Notes: generated by a model not told the origin, from the sequence alone. DNA of 63,023 nt, filler included, from Octopus bimaculoides (GCF_001194135.2; 4 parts of 4 records of this genome joined end to end with filler, not necessarily neighbours in it); one strand, 5' to 3'. Positions 38,031-51,735 are shown, numbered from the whole stretch's first letter. A program made the numbers and translations.

Positions 38031-38983
38031 GGAACATGTGTTAGCGTACATAAGNNNNNNNNNNNNNNNNNNNNNNNNNNNNNNNNNNNNNNNNNNNNNN
38101 NNNNNNNNNNNNNNNNNNNNNNNNNNNNNNNNNNNNNNNNNNNNNNNNNNNNNNNNNNNNNNNNNNNNNNNNNNNNNNNNNNNNNNNNNNNNNNNNNNNN
38201 NNNNNNNNNNNNNNNNNNNNNNNNNNNNNNNNNNNNNNNNNNNNNNNNNNNNNNNNNNNNNNNNNNNNNNNNNNNNNNNNNNNNNNNNNNNNNNNNNNNN
38301 NNNNNNNNNNNNNNNNNNNNNNNNNNNNNNNNNNNNNNNNNNNNNNNNNNNNNNNNNNNNNNNNNNNNNNNNNNNNNNNNNNNNNNNNNNNNNNNNNNNN
38401 NNNNNNNNNNNNNNNNNNNNNNNNNNNNNNNNNNNNNNNNNNNNNNNNNNNNNNNNNNNNNNNNNNNNNNNNNNNNNNNNNNNNNNNNNNNNNNNNNNNN
38501 NNNNNNNNNNNNNNNNNNNNNNNNNNNNNNNNNNNNNNNNNNNNNNNNNNNNNNNNNNNNNNNNNNNNNNNNNNNNNNNNNNNNNNNNNNNNNNNNNNNN
38601 NNNNNNNNNNNNNNNNNNNNNNNNNNNNNNNNNNNNNNNNNNATATATATATATATATATATATATACAAACGCAGACTCACCTTCAACGTATGTATATA
38701 ATTGAGTGCATATCAATGTTTGTGTTTGGTGTGTCAACGTGAGTGTGTGTATGTATGTTTGTGCGTTTGTATATGTGGGTGTTAATTCCACCGTTTTTTT
38801 TTTTGTTTTTGTTTTTGTTATCTTTTTAGTAAGAGAAGGTGATTACGGGCTTTGAAAGTTACACGTATGCACACCTACACATGTACAGACACATACATAC
38901 ACAAACACACAGATATATAAACATATATAGATGTATGTATAAGTACGCACACATATACATAGATACGTACATACATACATACA

Positions 38984-39015
<32 letters not shown>

Positions 39016-39339
39016 CATCATTAGTATCTCAAATGGCAGTTGTTCGAAAAAAAAAATTGACCGATGTCAATACAATGAAAATACAATACTTCATTGAACC
39101 AATGTACATTGGGTGCATTTGCAGCATCGTTTTGCAATTGTTAATTCTATAAGAATGGCTTGCAGATGGAATGGGCTTATTATTTTCCCACTTTCGTTAT
39201 TTACGCATGTCTGTCGATACTTTTTAAAGAATACACGCTCCTATATAGACGTTCTTTGCTCAATTCCTTCTACTGTATTCATTCATATTGTTTCTAGAAA
39301 TAGTCAATTTTTCCGAATGTTCAACGCTGTTGATTTGTG

Positions 39340-39373
<34 letters not shown>

Positions 39374-39599
39374 NNNNNNNNNNNNNNNNNNNNNNNNNNN
39401 NNNNNNNNNNNNNNNNNNNNNNNNNNNNNNNNNNNNNNNNNNNNNNNNNNNNNNNNNNNNNNNNNNNNNNNNNNNNNNNNNNNNNNNNNNNNNNNNNNNN
39501 NNNNNNNNNNNNNNNNNNNNNNNNNNNNNNNNNNNNNNNNNNNNNNNNNNNNNNNNNNNTATATATACACACATATATACAGATATACACATATATATA

Positions 39600-39701
39600 T
39601 CATTATTATTATTATTTTTATTTTTATTTTTATCATCATCATCATTATTATTATCATTTTTATTTTTATCATCATCATTATTATTATTATCATTATTATT
39701 A

Positions 39702-39770
<69 letters not shown>
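39600..39770. repeat. (ATT/ATC)n trinucleotide microsatellite
   Basis: Directly visible; source of the poly-I, poly-N and poly-Y ORFs. Confidence 0.95.
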
Positions 39771-39771
<1 letters not shown>

Positions 39772-40175
39772 ACGCGGCTAACAAGCAGAATCGTTAGCGC
39801 GCTGGACGAAATGCTTAGCAGTATTTCGCTCGTCCCCACGTTCTGAGTTCAAATTCTGTCGAGGTCGACTTTGCCTTTCATCATTTTGGGTCTTGTTTCT
39901 CCAAAATTGCTACCCTTGTGGCAAAATTTGAAACCATTATTATTATCATTACCATTAAGGCGGCGAGCTGGCTTAATAGTTACCATGTCGGACAAAATAA
40001 TTACCGTCATTTCATCCGTCTTTACGCTCTGAATTCAAAATTCGCCGAGGTTCCCTTTGGCTTTCATCCTTCGGGGTCGGTAATATAAATAACAATTGAG
40101 ATCTGGGATCAATGAAAACGAATTAGCCCCTCAACCAAAATTTCAGCCTATGTGACTATAGTAGGAATTTTAAAT
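39772..40175 (+). mobile_element. Two tandem SINE family A copies
   Basis: Heads at about 39772 and 39958, each preceded by ATT-rich sequence. Confidence 0.8.
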
Positions 40176-40397
40176 AATGTTTGCTTTTATGTTTAGTTGC
40201 AGATGTAGCATTCAGGCATTAATTGAAGCATCACTGAATGTATTTAAGTAGAGTATTTTATTTGTTTAATTTTTACGAAAATGTTGACAATGACTTCGAA
40301 ACTGTGGTTCAACTATTTCGTTAGTCTTACGAAAGCAACTGAGTCAAAAAATGATGTCACTAACAGCCGTTTCTTTTTAAGAATTTGATGACTGAGC

Positions 40398-40444
<47 letters not shown>

Positions 40445-40829
40445 GTACCGTGGACTGCATGCCGGAGTATATCCATGTGTGTTTTTGCGTATATGTTGAG
40501 TGTATTTGGTCTGTACTTGTGGATGTATGAGTGAATGGAAAGACAAATCCGTATATACTCAGTTAAGTACATGAGTGTTCGTACACACAGTTGATACACG
40601 GATATGCAGTCCTTGACGTTACCTTGTTGTCCTTATAAATAAAATAACTCCATTCCATTGTATCCTTCAAATAATTATATAAATGTATCTATGTATGTGT
40701 CATTGTATCACTGGATCACTTTATTGACCAGACTATCGAATGTTGTTAAACACCGCTGGTGACAATGCACTTCCTTACATTGTTTTAGCTGTTGAATGAT
40801 ACTACTCCGCTGACATTATTCACCCACTG

Positions 40830-40990
40830 AATGCGACGCTAGCGCGTTGCAGGTTTTCCCATTCACAGCTGAGTGAAATATAACAACGTGAAATGAAGTG
40901 TTTTGCTCAAGGGATCAACGAGCCACCGGTCTTGCAATTGAAACTATGATCTTGAAACTGTCAGCGCAACACCCTAAACATTTGGCCAGG
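40830..40990 (-). mobile_element. SINE family C remnant
   Basis: CCCATTCACAGCTGAGTG..CAACGTGAAATGAAGTGTTTTGCTCAAG is the reverse complement of 2870-2915. Confidence 0.7.
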
Positions 40991-42033
40991 TGGTTTGGCA
41001 TTCATACATGCATGCATACATACATACATACATACATGCATGCATGCATGCATACATGCATACGTACATACATACATACATACAGAAAGACAGACAGACA
41101 TATATACATATGTACGTACATACATACATACATACATACATACACACACATAGGAATGTGCAGCGTTCCGTCCCGTGTGCAAATTATCCGTTTTACCTTT
41201 CTTGTGCTTCTGTTTAAATTTTGGAATATATATGTATATATATATATATATATGTATGTANNNNNNNNNNNNNNNNNNNNNNNNNNNNNNNNNNNNNNNN
41301 NNNNNNNNNNNNNNNNNNNNNNNNNNNNNNNNNNNNNNNNNNNNNNNNNNNNNNNNNNNNNNNNNNNNNNNNNNNNNNNNNNNNNNNNNNNNNNNNNNNN
41401 NNNNNNNNNNNNNNNNNNNNNNNNNNNNNNNNNNNNNNNNNNNNNNNNNNNNNNNNNNNNNNNNNNNNNNNNNNNNNNNNNNNNNNNNNNNNNNNNNNNN
41501 NNNNNNNNNNNNNNNNNNNNNNNNNNNNNNNNNNNNNNNNNNNNNNNNNNNNNNNNNNNNNNNNNNNNNNNNNNNNNNNNNNNNNNNNNNNNNNNNNNNN
41601 NNNNNNNNNNNNNNNNNNNNNNNNNNNNNNNNNNNNNNNNNNNNNNNNNNNNNNNNNNNNNNNNNNNNNNNNNNNNNNNNNNNNNNNNNNNNNNNNNNNN
41701 NNNNNNNNNNNNNNNNNNNNNNNNNNNNNNNNNNNNNNNNNNNNNNNNNNNNNNNNNNNNNNNNNNNNNNNNNNNNNNNNNNNNNNNNNNNNNNNNNNNN
41801 NNNNNNNNNNNNNNNNNNNNNNNNNNNNNNNNNNNNNNNNNNNNNNNNNNNNNNNNNNNNNNNNNNNNNNNNNNNNNNNNNNNNNNNNNNNNNNNNNNNN
41901 NNNNNNNNNNNNNNNNNNNNNNNNNNNNNNNNNNNNNNNNNNNNNNNNNNNNNNNNNNNNNNNNNNNNNNNNNNNNNNNNNNNNNNNNNNNNNNNNNNNN
42001 NNNNNNNNNNNNNNNNNNNNNNNNNNNNNNNNN

Positions 42034-42090
<57 letters not shown>

Positions 42091-42758
42091 TATGTATGTA
42101 TGAATGTATGTATATAAAATATTGAGTGCTTTTCCTTTTTAACGCCTTTCCGCTTCTGGTGACGAACACACACACACACACAAATATATATATATATACA
42201 CACACACAGACACAAACATGCACACATACACACACACACACACACACACTCACACGCACACACGTACACACACACATACACATATCTAGCTATATCTTAT
42301 ATTTCCTTTTAAATTTTCCCAGAAATTGGCGAATCCTAATTAGGATTGATCAGCAATTCTTTTATATATGCGTTTGTGAATCTGTGCGTTGCATTTCAAT
42401 TATTGTATCAATTAGCTCTTTAGTTATTTTTCTTCCCACACCCACACACTCATACTCTTATACATACACAAATACATTTAAATATGGATAGATATATATA
42501 TATATACATATATATATATGTATATATATGTATATATGTATACATATATCTATATATGTATGTAAATATATAGGTATATATTTATATATGGATACACATG
42601 TATATATTTTTATATGAATATGCATATACATATGTATATATATATATATCTGTGCGTGTGTGTGTGTGTTTGTATGTACGTATGTATATATGTATGTATA
42701 TGTGTGTACATGTATATAGGCATAGGTAGATAGGTAGATAGATAGATAGATAGATAGG

Positions 42759-42805
<47 letters not shown>

Positions 42806-43429
42806 GTAGATAGATAGATATAGATAGGCGTACACAGACCACACACACATACACANNNNNNNNNNNNNNNNNNNNNNNNNNNNNNNNNNNNNNNNNNNNN
42901 NNNNNNNNNNNNNNNNNNNNNNNNNNNNNNNNNNNNNNNNNNNNNNNNNNNNNNNNNNNNNNNNNNNNNNNNNNNNNNNNNNNNNNNNNNNNNNNNNNNN
43001 NNNNNNNNNNNNNNNNNNNNNNNNNNNNNNNNNNNNNNNNNNNNNNNNNNNNNNNNNNNNNNNNNNNNNNNNNNNNNNNATATATATATATATATATATA
43101 TATATAGATACATATATATATACATATATATATACGCATGCGTGTATATGTGTATTGCATGTATGTATACCTATAGACACCGTGTGTATGCGTGAGTCAG
43201 TGAGATTTGTCATTGTATATCTGTATGCATGCGAGTCTATCTCTTTATCCGTATATCGATATTTACATCAATAACATACATCAGTAATATATAACTAGGT
43301 AGCCACCTGTCTATCGATCTATCGATCTATTGAGTATGCATTTCTTTCGTTTCCCCCATTTCAATCCTTTCCCTTTCTGTATTGTCTTCCATCATCATCA
43401 TCATCATCATCATCACAATTAGTATTATT

Positions 43430-43620
<191 letters not shown>

Positions 43621-43740
43621 ACTTTTAATCTGCATGTTTTTTTTACAACCACTTGTCACGACACACCCAGCGTCCTAGGGCGAGTGAAGAATAAGAGTTG
43701 CTACAGTATGACTGCAATTTGTATTCGTATTATTATTACT

Positions 43741-43940
43741 AAGACGGCGAGCTATAATCGTTAGCACGCAGGGCAAAATACTTAACGGCATTTCGTGCGT
43801 CCTTACGTTCTGAGTTCAAATTCCGCTGATGTCGACTTTGAAATAAGTACCTGTTACGCACTGGGCTCGATATAATCGACTAGCCCCCACACCAAATTTC
43901 AGGCCTTATACCTATTTTAGAAATTATTATTATTATTATT
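43741..43940 (+). mobile_element. SINE family A
   Basis: AAGACGGCGAGC..GAGTTCAAATTCCGC..CTGGGCTCGATATAATCGACT, with an (ATT)n tail. Confidence 0.8.
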
Positions 43941-44789
43941 TTATGTTTGACTTTTGTTTTGCATTTGTACAAGTTGGATCCAAGTCTCACCCAGAGACCT
44001 CAAGAGACAACAAGTTAGAAGTTCATGTAGGTGTTATGCCTAGGGTACCATATATTTGGATTTGTACAGTTTTGTTCTAGTGAATGTTTAAGAAACCATA
44101 CGAAAATTATGTGTTTGCTTTAAAATTTGAGATCATATAGACAGTATTTTACGTAGGATATGGGCAGTTCCCATGAGCACTATCTTTTGAACTTCAGCCA
44201 TTTTGGGGTTTCCTGGTATCNNNNNNNNNNNNNNNNNNNNNNNNNNNNNNNNNNNNNNNNNNNNTTAATTAATTAANNNNNNNNNNNNNNNNNNNNNNNN
44301 NNNNNNNNNNNNNNNNNNNNCAAACGCACAGCTAGAGATATATAAATACATATAAATATCATCGTAAAATATTTTAAGTTGAAATTGCTTTTGGGCCTAG
44401 GATTGGATGTTTTATGCCTATTCGTAAATCAATTATTGCCTCTGGTCTAGCAATGATATCATTGTTATCTTCTGTTACACCGACATAGAGGTATTATATT
44501 TCTGTTTACACATGTTTATCGATTTGATGATGTGTGTATTGTGTGTATACATGCATCGGCCAGCTGAATAATATATACACGGATGCATATATTACCATGC
44601 ATCCATACAAACACAGACACAAATATAAACATACATACAGACAGATATGAAGACAGACATACAGACACACTCATTGTTTTTATGCATATACATGTATCTA
44701 AAGGTAAATTGTTACCATTTTATATTATTAATTTCGCACATGCGTATTGTTTGTTTTTGAATTTGTCGATTACACAGTACAGTAGGGTC

Positions 44790-45961
44790 ATTTAATTAAG
44801 CACCGTCAATGAGAAAAACAGTACTATGACGCAATTCACTCTGCCAGAAAGTTGGAAACGACATGCTGTACTGCTTGGCAATTGCGCCGGAAGCTCCAAT
44901 ACGAACATTTCAGAGTGTTTGGGTGTCAATCTGAGGACAGTGGAGAGGATTCTGAAAGAATTTTATGAGTCTAATGGTGATTACGAAGGTACGGCAGCTC
45001 GGAAAACTTACTCTGGTCGTTCTGATAAAAAAAGAACTGAATTTGTTGGTGAGATTCAGGCCATGATTGACAACGATCCCTCCATGTCAACCAAGTCCAT
45101 CGCCACAGACATGAGAATGTCTGAGTTTCTTATCAGGTAGTGCATGAAAACATTCGGTATTACTCATACAAGATGTGAAAGGGCTAATTTTTATTCCAAG
45201 CCATTAAGAACAAGAGGGAAGACCGCGCTACGAAGCTTTTGAACAAGCTCAAGCATACCCTCCAACCGAACATGCTTTGGGTTTTAACAGACGAGAAAAA
45301 TTTCTGCCAGGATCAGATGGTGAACACACAGAGCAACCGCTGGCTTGCCGTGTCCCTGAAACATGTACCAAGAGTGATGAAAATCAAACATTCAGTCAAC
45401 ATCATGATGTTTGGAGTGATCACTAGTGATGGCGACATTATGCCTCCATTCCTCTTTCCACACCGCCTCAGATTCAACACGGAGGCCTACATCAAATGCC
45501 TGCAAGAGGTAATGCTGCCCTGGTGGCTGCTGGAAGACCCTATGTCTGACAGCAGGACTCTGCACCATGCTATACAAGCAGGAGAACCCAGGCATGGCTG
45601 TCAGACAAATTCTGAAACCTCATCACACCCCAGAATGCAACGCCCTTGATTATTATGTGTGGGGCGCAGTTGAGCGCGAGAGACCAATAAAACTCCTTGT
45701 AACACCAAAGATGAACTGAAGGCAAGGATTATGGCAGCATTCACCAAGTTAAACAAGGAGACCGGCCAGAAAAGTTGCAGGAGATCGCAAAGTCATCTGG
45801 AGCCGTGGTTGAAGTCAATGGAGACATTATTGAATAAATTTACTCTTTGGTATTTCAAGATATTTTTTATGTAATTTTGGTAAATATATCTGTTAAAATG
45901 AGATGGCAGTGTTATTTTCCTTTTTGCGTAATTTAGACGATAATTTATTCACTGTACCCTG
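44790..45961 (+). mobile_element. Tc1/mariner transposon, maT/DD37D-like, frameshifted
   Basis: TDEKNF..MMFGVITSDG..YIKCL..QQDSAP..CNALDYYVWG; right end ..TTCACTGTACCCTG; the left TIR is not clear. Confidence 0.85.
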
Positions 45962-45964
45962 TGT

Positions 45965-46002
<38 letters not shown>

Positions 46003-46319
46003 TTGAAAGAATGAATAGAAGTGGCTTTTCTGATAATTTTTCAACATCTAATAATTTATAAACATCTAATTATTATAGTGGAAAAATGACCAGATATGCT
46101 ATTTTTATTCATTTTTTCCAGATACCCTGCTAAGGATTCAAGACTTTTTTGAGACGTAAAATCTTAAATGTTATATTTTAGATTCAAATTTTAATTCACC
46201 CGAAGAAAACAGTTTTTGCTTTCATGATGTAACCCATTTGTTCGTCGGTAAAAAAATAAACCTTGTCTGAAACAGCTGGTTTGAATCTCTGCCCATCTGT
46301 GTTATTATTTGATCTGACA

Positions 46320-46515
46320 GAATCGTTAGCATGCTGGGTAAAATGCTTAGAGGTATTTCCTCCGTCTTCACGTTCTGAGTTCAAATTCTCTGGAGGTTGA
46401 CATTGACTTTCATCCCTTCGGGGTCCATAAAATACGTACCAGTTTGTACTGGAGTCGATATAATCGACTATTCCCCGTCCCCAATTTTCAGGCCTTGTGC
46501 CTATAATAGAAGGGA
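46320..46515 (+). mobile_element. SINE family A
   Basis: CAGAATCGTTAGCATGCTGGG..GAGTTCAAATTC..TTTCATCCCTTCGGGGTCCATAAAA..GCCTTGTGCC. Confidence 0.8.
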
Positions 46516-48112
46516 TTATTTATACTACTCCACACTTGGAAACTTCCCTACGGTGGATCTGGAGCGGAGTGCATGCCGGGGTATGCTTGTTTGTGATTTT
46601 ACATACATGAGTAATTTTATCGATGAGTATATTGACGTGTCAATATGCATGTATATATAAGTCATACAACAAGTCCGTATATACATTGGTATGTACGTGA
46701 GTCTCCACATATACTGTTGATACACAGATATCTGTTTTCGACCCTTCCTCTTTTTTAAGTGCTTGAATAATACGGAAATTTATTTTATCTATATATATAG
46801 TAGCGGTAGTATTTGGATTTGAAAGGATTGTCATGTTTACACAAAAGAATCTTTTCTTATTTCAGGTCTTTCATATCTGATTCTTTTTTACAATTGGTTT
46901 GGAAAGTAGACTTTCTAAATTCATTTCAAAACATTTCCTAGAGTTTCACAGTCTTATTTAAAAAATTGGAAGTGTATAAGAATTCAATCAATATATAAGA
47001 AGCAAAACAAGTACCAAATATTTTCAGTTCAATTCTTGAAAATGAGACTGTTAAGATATAGAAACGTCGGATATGCACTTAGGAACTCTACTTCTCCAAA
47101 CCAACTGCAAAAAGCTAATAAGAAAAAAAAGAAAAGTCTGAGAAATAATATAAAAGCTTGAACATAGTCGTGTATTTAAGGAACCATGCATATATGTAAA
47201 GTTGTTCCTCATATATACGAACATGGAAGTATGTATATACATATGAATTTAGGGGTGTGTTAACCTAGTTTTTGAATATAAGTATTATTATGAGGTCTGG
47301 CGGTCTCATAAAGATGAAAGCAAACGTGAATTTGCAATTACTATAGAAGCCCACTAAAAGGAATCTAATCTTTTATACATTTATAATTATGATGGAAGAG
47401 AGACATTAAGACATATTTCTATGTAACTTTTATTTCCCACAAACTTTTACACTTAGTATCGACTGAATTAAAGCTGTAAAAAATATATTCTTATATATAC
47501 ATACATACATACATACCTACCTACATACATACATACATACATACATACATACATACATGCATGCATGCATACACACACATACGTATATATGTGTGTGCAC
47601 GTGGGTCAATATGAGTGTGTGTGAGTGTAATGTGAACGTACACTTTGAGGAAAGTAATTTAGTTAAGGCTGTGTGATTGTGAAAAAAAACAAAAAAAACA
47701 AAAAAACAAAAACAGGAAGACAACTATTAATAAAAAAAAAAAACGCTTATTCATTTAAAGGTTTTCGGACGGAAAATTTATGAAAAGAGATGTGTGCGCC
47801 AGGGCAAGGGTTAAACAAGGTGACGATAACATACTGATTAGATTTGATCTTGTCTCTTGTAAAGGGGATTTTGCTTTCATCACGAAATTTTGTAGGATTC
47901 TGAAGTGACCGAATATAATAACTTCAGCGTTATTTTTATTTTCTTAAATCGCTTTGTATGATTTGATTATCTTGTCACTCTCATCAATCAAAGGTTTTAC
48001 AAACATTTATCTTCTTTTTACATACTGTAATGCTTCATTATATATATATATAGTGCAACTGTGAGAAACACTACACAACTAGAGGTATAAAACAAATATA
48101 GACTTGGTATAC

Positions 48113-48162
<50 letters not shown>

Positions 48163-48640
48163 NNNNNNNNNNNNNNNNNNNNNNNNNNNNNNNNNNNNNN
48201 NNNNNNNNNNNNNNNNNNNNNNNNNNNNNNNNNNNNNNNNNNNNNNNNNNNNNNNNNNNNNNNNNNNNNNNNNNNNNNNNNNNNNNNNNNNNNNNNNNNN
48301 NNNNNNNNNNNNNNNNNNNNNNNNNNNNNNNNNNNNNNNNNNNNNNNNNNNNNNNNNNNNNNNNNNNNNNNNNNNNNNNNNNNNNNNNNNNNNNNNNNNN
48401 NNNNNNNNNNNNNNNNNNNNNNNNNNNNNNNNNNNNNNNNNNNNNNNNNNNNNNNNNNNNNNNNNNNNNNNNNNNNNNNNNNNNNNNNNNNNNNNNNNNN
48501 NNNNNNNNNNNNNNNNNNNNNNNNNNNNNNNNNNNNNNNNNNNNNNNNNNNNNNNNNNNNNNNNNNNNNNNNNNNNNNNNNNNNNNNNNNNNNNNNNNNN
48601 NNNNNNNNNNNNNNNNNNNNNNNNNNNNNNNNNNNNNNNN

Positions 48641-48682
<42 letters not shown>

Positions 48683-48789
48683 GTATATTTGCCACTTAAA
48701 TGGCAAATATACTCCACGTTGTTGTGCAGCAGCTACTGTTTATACCTCGTCCAGAGATTTATATATATATATAGCTCCTACAAGACTAT

Positions 48790-50082
48790 GACTGGGTGTT
48801 GAGGCAGTTACTCGACAACTCAAATGTGGACATAACGTACCTTGACTTTGCAAAAGCTCTTGATAAAGTGGAAAATGGTATAATATGCCACAGACTGCGT
48901 AATTCTGGCATAGCTGGAAAACTTGGAGAGTGGTTACATGACTTTCTCAAAGATAGAAGTCAGGCAGTAGAGGGCAATGGAGCCACCTCAAAGAAAACAC
49001 AAATAGTGAGTGGTGTTCCACAGGGCACTGTCTTGGGACCACCGCTTTTTATAGTGTCCTCCCTCTCAGATATGACCTTAGCATCCCGGATAGTCACCCT
49101 TACTAGCTATGCAGACATATACGAAAGTCTCACAGAAGATACAAAAACACCTAGTGATGTTGCACGCCTGCAGTAGGAGTTAAACGCAATTTACAGATGG
49201 GCTGAGGACAATAATAAGCAATTTAAAGCTAAAAAATTCTAAGCCCTGCGCCACAAGCGCCCAAAACTGAACGAAAACCTTACATGATACTCTGGCTAAG
49301 GTGGGGTTTACAATCCCAGGACCTAAATCAGTGCGGGATCTGGGTATCAACATGAGTGATGATAACTCTTTCCAAGTGCACATTACCAAGATGGCGAGAA
49401 AATGCAGATGGCTGGCTGGCTGGATCCTGAGAACCTTCAAAGCCAGAGAGAAGGAAACAATGATGGTTCTCTAGAGGACATTCGTCTTCAGCCGCCTTGA
49501 CTATTGCTCCCAACTATGGTCATCGCACCGTCTAAAATTAACAGCGGACCTTGAAGCAATCTAGAGAAGCTTCACAAAGAAGATCGTCTCATTGCAACAG
49601 CTCAGCTACTAGGAAAACTGAAACAGCTAAGACTCTGCTCCCTGGAGCGAAAGCGGGAGAGATATGCAGTGATATACGCCTGGAAGAACCTGGAAGGGAT
49701 TGTTCCAAATTTTGGCATTGAAAGTTACACAAATGCCAGAACGGGTCACCACTGCACATTGCCAAAAATCTCAACAATGCCGTCGCGCTTCAGAACCAGA
49801 TACTGCAACAGCCTAGGTTTCATGGGCCCACAGCTTTTAACAAATCTCCCAGAGCCCGAGGTACGTACACAAAATGGATGTCGGTTTCTTCAAAACAAAA
49901 CTGGACCTCTTCCTTCGGGAGTCCCAGATAAACCTACCACGTGGCAGGAGGCGCAAATAAGGGCAGAGACAGCAAATTTCCTTATTCACCAAATGCCACG
50001 TATCAGGAGAGGCTGTAAATAATAACAGTGTAGCAAACCGGCGGTGCCCCAGCATGTCCACAGCTTTGAGCTGAAACAGATA
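48790..50082 (+). mobile_element. CR1-like LINE, 5'-truncated (RT C-terminal half plus 3' UTR)
   Basis: YLDFAKALDKV..SGVPQGTVLGPPLF..YAD; DLGI..LDYCSQLWS..SLERKRER; ends GGCGGTGCCCCAGCATGTCCACAG..GCTGAAAC. Confidence 0.85.
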
Positions 50083-50125
50083 ATATATATATATATATAT
50101 GTACATATAAATATATATTATATAT

Positions 50126-50169
<44 letters not shown>

Positions 50170-50170
50170 A

Positions 50171-50691
50171 GCAGTTTGCAATGTTTCACAAAAAAAGGAG
50201 AATTACAAATGTCACTAAATGCGACTAGGGTATTGGGAAACACCTACATTGCTGGAAACAAGAGCTAAACCGCTCTAATGCTGTAGTTGACGCATATGAA
50301 TGAAAACATTTGCACTAACAGGGGCCATTATCGATAATTCTTAATACTGACGCGTCAGTTTCGGCAATTTCCGTTGCCACTTCATTTAAGACAATTCATT
50401 TAAGTTCATTTAAGACAATTCAACTGCGATTTTTTCCGGATTTGCTTCAACATTAGTATTTATATTTTCGTTATCCAAATAATTGGACGATTTAGCAATT
50501 CGCTAATGTGTTTATATAAAATTAATATAAAGAGCAATTTGCAATGTGTCACCAAAAAAAGGAGAATTACAAATGTCACTAAAAGCGACTAGGGTGTTAA
50601 GAGACACCTACATTGCAAGAAATAAGAGCTAAACCGCTCTAATGATGTACTTAACGCACATGATTGAAAACATATGCACTAACAAGACCAT
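50171..50691 (+). repeat. About 155-bp direct repeat (50171-50328 and 50533-50691)
   Basis: TTTGCAATGT..AAAAAGGAGAATTACAAATGTCACTAAA..GACTAGGGT..CACCTACATTGC..AGAGCTAAACCGCTCTAATG occurs twice, with a third copy at 33803-33915. Confidence 0.9.
50339..50391 (-). ncRNA. Type I hammerhead ribozyme, degenerate core
   Basis: Reverse complement TCTTAA-ATGAAGT-GGCAACGGAAATTGCC-GAAA-CTGACGCGTCAG-TA-TTAAGA; all stems intact, core C3A and A9U. Confidence 0.75.
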
Positions 50692-50718
50692 AAGCCGAGA
50701 AGAGCCGAAGTCGAGCTG

Positions 50719-50771
50719 TCTTAACTGATGAGGCAACGGAAATTGCCGAAACTGTCACGTCAGTATTAAGA
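50719..50771 (+). ncRNA. Type I hammerhead ribozyme, intact core
   Basis: TCTTAA (stem I)-CTGATGA-GGCAA cggaaa TTGCC (stem II)-GAAA-CTG tcacgt CAG (stem III)-TA-TTAAGA; predicted GUA cleavage between 50765 and 50766. Confidence 0.88.
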
Positions 50772-51735
50772 ATTCTCGATCGGTACATTAACATCTAAGA
50801 TATCATCATAACAAACACTGCTGAGTTGTATCAATAGAGCCAGCACTTAGTAATTTCATTACAACTAAAACTGAGCTAAGCAGAGTCATTTGAGCCGCTG
50901 CTCTGTCTTTAAAACCACCAATGAACATGTTATTTCACTTACTGTCAAGCTGTGTCACTACAACTAGCACAGCTTGGTCTTTCCTTAGGTAAGGGCTTTG
51001 CAATACTTATTCGGCTCGTTAGAAATAGAGAAAGTAAATTTCCCCCAACTCACTTCCTTCAGTCTGAGATCAGGAAATAAAATATTCCTAAAAAACAGAA
51101 AAAAACGGTCCTTAAAAAACAAGGTAGTGTATATGTGTGTGTGCACGTGTGCATGTATACATATCTGTACATACACATACTTGCATGAGCGTGTGTGAGT
51201 GCGCTCGTGTGAATGTATGTGTTTATGTATGTATGTATGTATGTATGTATGTATGTATGTATGTATGTATGTATGTGTTTATGTACTGCATATATTACAT
51301 AAACTAAGAGAACACCGCCTCGAGGCAAAACAATGTTCTTTCACATTTTTACTATTTTTAACTTCGCTTTTTTCATACACAAGTTTAAAAGTTATTAAAA
51401 TCTTTAAAGTTCTTTCTTTCTTTCTTTCTTTTTTCTTTTTTTCTTTTTTCTTTCTTTCTTTCTTTCTTTCTTTCTTTCAATTTATCTCATAAATGGTTAA
51501 GTTATTCCGCTATTTTTTCTGTTTATTTTTCATATAAAATAAGTTATTTCTTTATTTATTTAGTTCACTCTTACCTAGAAATATTTAAAAGTTATTTGAT
51601 TAATATTTTCGTTTCACTTTCATATTTCATATGCTACTATCTTTAAAAAATGTAGATGAACGATCCATTGCATAACGTCGTCTTATACATAGAAAAAGAC
51701 GCGATTAAATATATATACATATGTATGTTTGTGTG

